A stretch of 64,000 nt of DNA. It comes from Eledone cirrhosa. Lineage: Eukaryota. Position 1 is the stretch's first letter. Every line of letters starts with the position of its first letter. The position numbers and the translations under genes are program-made. Under the pieces are notes generated by a model, which did not search any database, was not told where the DNA came from, and saw nothing but the letters and a program-made list of their open reading frames with translations. This document shows positions 60,502 to 64,000 of this stretch, piece by piece. The DNA lies in contig OZ024741.1 in NCBI GenBank assembly GCA_964016885.1, positions 398,536,001 through 398,600,000 on the forward strand, written 5' to 3'.

Positions 60502-63500
60502 CGCGGACCAATCATAAGCCAGAGGCCTATACTATCGCTTGCCCGGTTGCCTTCGATATATGATGGATGGATGGATGGATGGACGGACTGCGGAATCCTG
60601 GAGAGTGGAAGGGAGAGAAAAATCTGGACGCTCAGAGCGATGATGCCAAAGTTAAAGTCAAATTCACCTCGTGGACGAGAATGCGAGCACTCCTCTTTGT
60701 TTCGTCCGCGGATGGCTAACATAACCCTATCTCCCCCCGCCCCCCACCACCCCCACCCTCCAAACGCAATCCAAAACTTCAGAGTTGGTACCATTAATGT
60801 AGGCACCCTAAAGGGTCGCGCTAACGAGGTTGTAGAAATGCTTGAACGTAAGGAGGTTGATGTTTGTTGTATTCAAGAGACCAGGTGGAGGGGTGGGTCT
60901 GCTAGATTCATTGAGGGTAAAAAACGATGTTATAAGCTTTTCTGGGTGGGAAACGACGATGGGCTGGGTGGAGTAGGAATCATGGTAGCAGAAAAGTGGC
61001 CAGATAAGATAATAGACGTAAATAGAGTGAACGACAGAATAATTAAAATACGACTTGTCCTCAATAGAACTACGGTGACAGTAATATCTGCGTACGCACC
61101 CCAATCCGGACTGCCTGGCACTATAAAAGACAGATTCTATGAGACACTGTTGCTAGCTACCTCCCAAATATCTGACAGTGACTATATAATTATTGCAGGC
61201 GACCTAAATGGTCACGTTGGACAACATTGTGACGGCTACGACAAAATCCATGGAGGCTATGGGTTTGGTACTAGAAATGAGGAAGGCTCCAGAATCCTGG
61301 AATTCTGTGATGCAAATAACCTAACTATCTGTAACACTAACTTCAAAAAACGTGACAATCACCTGATCACCTATAGATCCGGGGAACACACAAGCCAGGT
61401 AGATTATATCCTTACCAGAAGACGTGACAGAGTGTCTGTTGTAAACACTAAATCCCTCCCCCATGAAGAATGCACCTCCCAACATAGACTGATAATTAGC
61501 GACCTCATAGTCAGGACGAGACGTACTCGACAGCAGAAGAGGACTATCCTCAGGAGGAAAATATGGAAGCTAAAGGACCCCACAGCCAGAAATAAATTTC
61601 AAAGCATATTACTTGATGCTTTCGACAGTAAGGAAGAGCATCTAGAGTCGGACAATATAGAGGGACAGTGGGAATTTCTGAAAGCAAACCTGCTGTTGGC
61701 GACAGACGAAGTCTGTGGCTGGAGCAGGCCTGTAGGCAGGAGGAGAGTAACATGGTGGTGGAACAGTAAGGTGGAGGGGTCAATTAAGGCCAAAAAGCAG
61801 GCTTGGAAAGTATGGCGGGATGGGGGAAGTAGAGTAGACTATCAAGTGGCCAGGAGGGAAGCTAGGAGAGAAGTGTACTTAGCAAGAAGGGAAGCTGAGG
61901 AAAGAAAGTTCAAGCATGTTCTACAACGCGATGACCAAAAACGTGAGGTGTTCAGGATTGCTAGGCAATGCGTCAAGGAAAACCGTGATATTGTCGGGGA
62001 GAAGTGTGTACTTAACGATGATGGCATACTTGCCATCACCGACACTGATAAGAAGGTAGTTTGGAAGTGTCACTATGAAAGGCTACTAAATGAGGAGAAT
62101 AAATGGGAGAAAGACAGTCTCCCCCATATCGACCCAATAGAGGGACCAGCAGTGTTAGTCAAGGGGAGTATAATAAGTAAGGCAATCAAGGATATGAAGA
62201 CGGGTAAGGCGGCTGGGCCTTCAGAAATAGTTGCTGAGATGCTGAAGGCATCTGGCACGGTGGGACACACCATGGTCACCCGCATAGTTAACCAAGTCGT
62301 ACAGAATGGGGTTGTTCCGAAGGACTGGCATAGCAGCATCATCGTTAACTGTTATAAGGGTAAAGGAGACGCCCTAGATAGGAGTAACTATAGAGGCATT
62401 AAATTAATCGACCCGGTCATGAAGGTCACGGAAAAAGTAATAGCGCAACTAATCAGAGAGAGAATTGACCTAGATGAAATGCAGTTCGGGTTTGTGTCAG
62501 GCAAAAGCACCACAGACGCTCTTTTCATAGTACGACAACTACAGGAGAACTACCTAGCTAAAGGTAAACCCCTCTACTTAGCTTTTGTCGACCTGGAGAA
62601 AGCCTTCGACAGAGTCCCCCGCTCCATTATCTGGTGGGCTCTTAGAAAACTAGGCGTTGACGAATGGCTTGTGAGGGCTATACAAGCCATGTATAAAGAA
62701 ACAGTCAGCAAGGTTAGAATTAACAACGAATATAGTGAAGAGTTTAGCGTAAAAGTTGGCGTCCATCAGGGCTCTGTTCTCAGCCCCCTACTATTAATTA
62801 TTGCCCTTCAGGCTATAACAGAGGAGTTCAAGACAGGCTGCCCATGGGAACTCCTATACGCAGACGACCTGACACTCGTAGCGGAATCAATGGCCGAGCT
62901 AGAGAAGAAATTCCAAACATGGAAGCACAGCCTAGAGTCAAAAGGACTTAAAATTAACCTGGCTAAGACCAAAGTTCTAGTTTGTAGGAAAGAAAACAAG
63001 GCGGCGGTCCCTTCTGGGAAATGGTCGTGCTCGGTGTGTAGGAAAGGCGTAGGTAGAAACTCCATTTTATGTCCTAAATGCAAAGTATGGGTGCATAAAA
63101 GATGTAGTGGGATCACAGGTAAGCTAACTAAGAACATAGATTTTACATGTGGCCGGTGTTCTGGTGCAATAAGTAGCAGCAAGTGCCCACAAAATACTAG
63201 CTCTTTCAATTGCGCAGAGGGTTCTATAGAAATAGTGGACAGCTTCCGTTACTTGGGCGATAAAATCAGCAGTGGGGGAGGGTGCTCTGAAAGTACTGTA
63301 GCTAGAGTCAGAACTGGTTGGAAAAAGTTCAGAGAGCTTATACCACTATTAGCTGCTAAAGGGTTCTCCCTAAAAATGAAAGGCAGGTTGTACGATGCCT
63401 GCATACGAACAGCAATGTTGCATGGCAGTGAGACCTGGGCATTGTGTGCAGAGGATATACGCAGACTAGAGAGGAACGAAGCTTGCATGCTCCGCTGGAT

Positions 63501-64000
63501 GTGTAACAGTAATATACGTGAACGGCAAAGCATAAACGAACTAAGGAAAAAATTAGAGATAAGAGGGATCAGATGTTGTTTACTCGAGAGAAGGCTACGT
63601 TGGTATGGACACGTGATGCGCATGAAAGTCGATAGCTGTATAACAAAGTGCAGGGCAATAAAGATAGACGGTAGCCACGGAATAGGCAGACCTAGAAAAA
63701 CCTGGGACGAGCTGATAAACTCCGACCTCACACACTTACACCTCTCCAAGACAATGTCACTGGACCGAGACCTTTGGCGGTACTCAGTAACAGAGAAGAC
63801 CCGCCTTGCCAGTAGGCATCTCTAACAAAATACACCCCGTCCCGCCACCACCCCCACCCCATCCACACCACCCCGTTCTATGTAAAGTTATGTTGGTGCC
63901 GCACCATCCAGGCCGAAACAAATGAGATCGTGTAGGTGTCACGACAAAAAAACACACAGTCCACGCTGTCATGTGGCCGTGTAGGCAACACGGTAAAAAC
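60499..64000 (+). mobile_element. Apparently full-length RTE-clade LINE (3' UTR runs off the window)
   Basis: Begins after (TA)n; single long ORF; 3' UTR matches the other copies. Confidence 0.95.
60640..63825 (+). CDS. RTE polyprotein: APE endonuclease, reverse transcriptase, PHD-like Cys4-His-Cys3 finger, C-terminal domain; uninterrupted
   Basis: GTINVGTL, QETRW, YAPQ, GDLNGHVG, GVHQGSVLSP, YADD, CSVC...CPKC...H..C...CGRC; start could be the ATG at 60571, 60640 or 60712. Confidence 0.92.
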   Translation: MMPKLKSNSPRGRECEHSSLFRPRMANITLSPPAPHHPHPPNAIQNFRVGTINVGTLKGRANEVVEMLERKEVDVCCIQETRWRGGSARFIEGKKRCYKLFWVGNDDGLGGVGIMVAEKWPDKIIDVNRVNDRIIKIRLVLNRTTVTVISAYAPQSGLPGTIKDRFYETLLLATSQISDSDYIIIAGDLNGHVGQHCDGYDKIHGGYGFGTRNEEGSRILEFCDANNLTICNTNFKKRDNHLITYRSGEHTSQVDYILTRRRDRVSVVNTKSLPHEECTSQHRLIISDLIVRTRRTRQQKRTILRRKIWKLKDPTARNKFQSILLDAFDSKEEHLESDNIEGQWEFLKANLLLATDEVCGWSRPVGRRRVTWWWNSKVEGSIKAKKQAWKVWRDGGSRVDYQVARREARREVYLARREAEERKFKHVLQRDDQKREVFRIARQCVKENRDIVGEKCVLNDDGILAITDTDKKVVWKCHYERLLNEENKWEKDSLPHIDPIEGPAVLVKGSIISKAIKDMKTGKAAGPSEIVAEMLKASGTVGHTMVTRIVNQVVQNGVVPKDWHSSIIVNCYKGKGDALDRSNYRGIKLIDPVMKVTEKVIAQLIRERIDLDEMQFGFVSGKSTTDALFIVRQLQENYLAKGKPLYLAFVDLEKAFDRVPRSIIWWALRKLGVDEWLVRAIQAMYKETVSKVRINNEYSEEFSVKVGVHQGSVLSPLLLIIALQAITEEFKTGCPWELLYADDLTLVAESMAELEKKFQTWKHSLESKGLKINLAKTKVLVCRKENKAAVPSGKWSCSVCRKGVGRNSILCPKCKVWVHKRCSGITGKLTKNIDFTCGRCSGAISSSKCPQNTSSFNCAEGSIEIVDSFRYLGDKISSGGGCSESTVARVRTGWKKFRELIPLLAAKGFSLKMKGRLYDACIRTAMLHGSETWALCAEDIRRLERNEACMLRWMCNSNIRERQSINELRKKLEIRGIRCCLLERRLRWYGHVMRMKVDSCITKCRAIKIDGSHGIGRPRKTWDELINSDLTHLHLSKTMSLDRDLWRYSVTEKTRLASRHL

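Overview
Eukaryotic, AT-rich and repeat-dense DNA that looks like an octopus or other coleoid cephalopod; this is inferred from its tRNA-derived CORE-type and Meta-type SINEs, RTE and CR1 LINEs, and (ATC)n/(TA)n tracts. The window is almost entirely one + strand host gene. I assembled 16 phase-consistent GT-AG exons (4384-58243, 1959 nt, 653 codons, no stop yet, so the 3' end lies beyond the window) encoding a centromere protein I (CENP-I/Mis6) homologue, preceded by an E-box plus CDE/CHR-like promoter. The introns hold two young CR1-type LINEs (one near full length, with a PHD-like ORF1 and APE-RT ORF2), an RTE-type LINE with an uninterrupted APE-RT-PHD ORF, many truncated LINE and SINE copies, hAT- and piggyBac-type MITEs, a foldback element, Penelope-like remnants with minimal hammerhead motifs, and at least 13 minisatellites. 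Most notable: (1) a G_GGA_AAC_TAA -1 frameshift signal at the CR1 ORF1/ORF2 junction, conserved in three copies, with no ATG ahead of ORF2's endonuclease; (2) a minisatellite built from the gene's own exon-9 splice acceptor; (3) pervasive in-place tandem amplification of 25-123 bp segments of unrelated templates. Most long ORFs in the supplied track are repeat artefacts.
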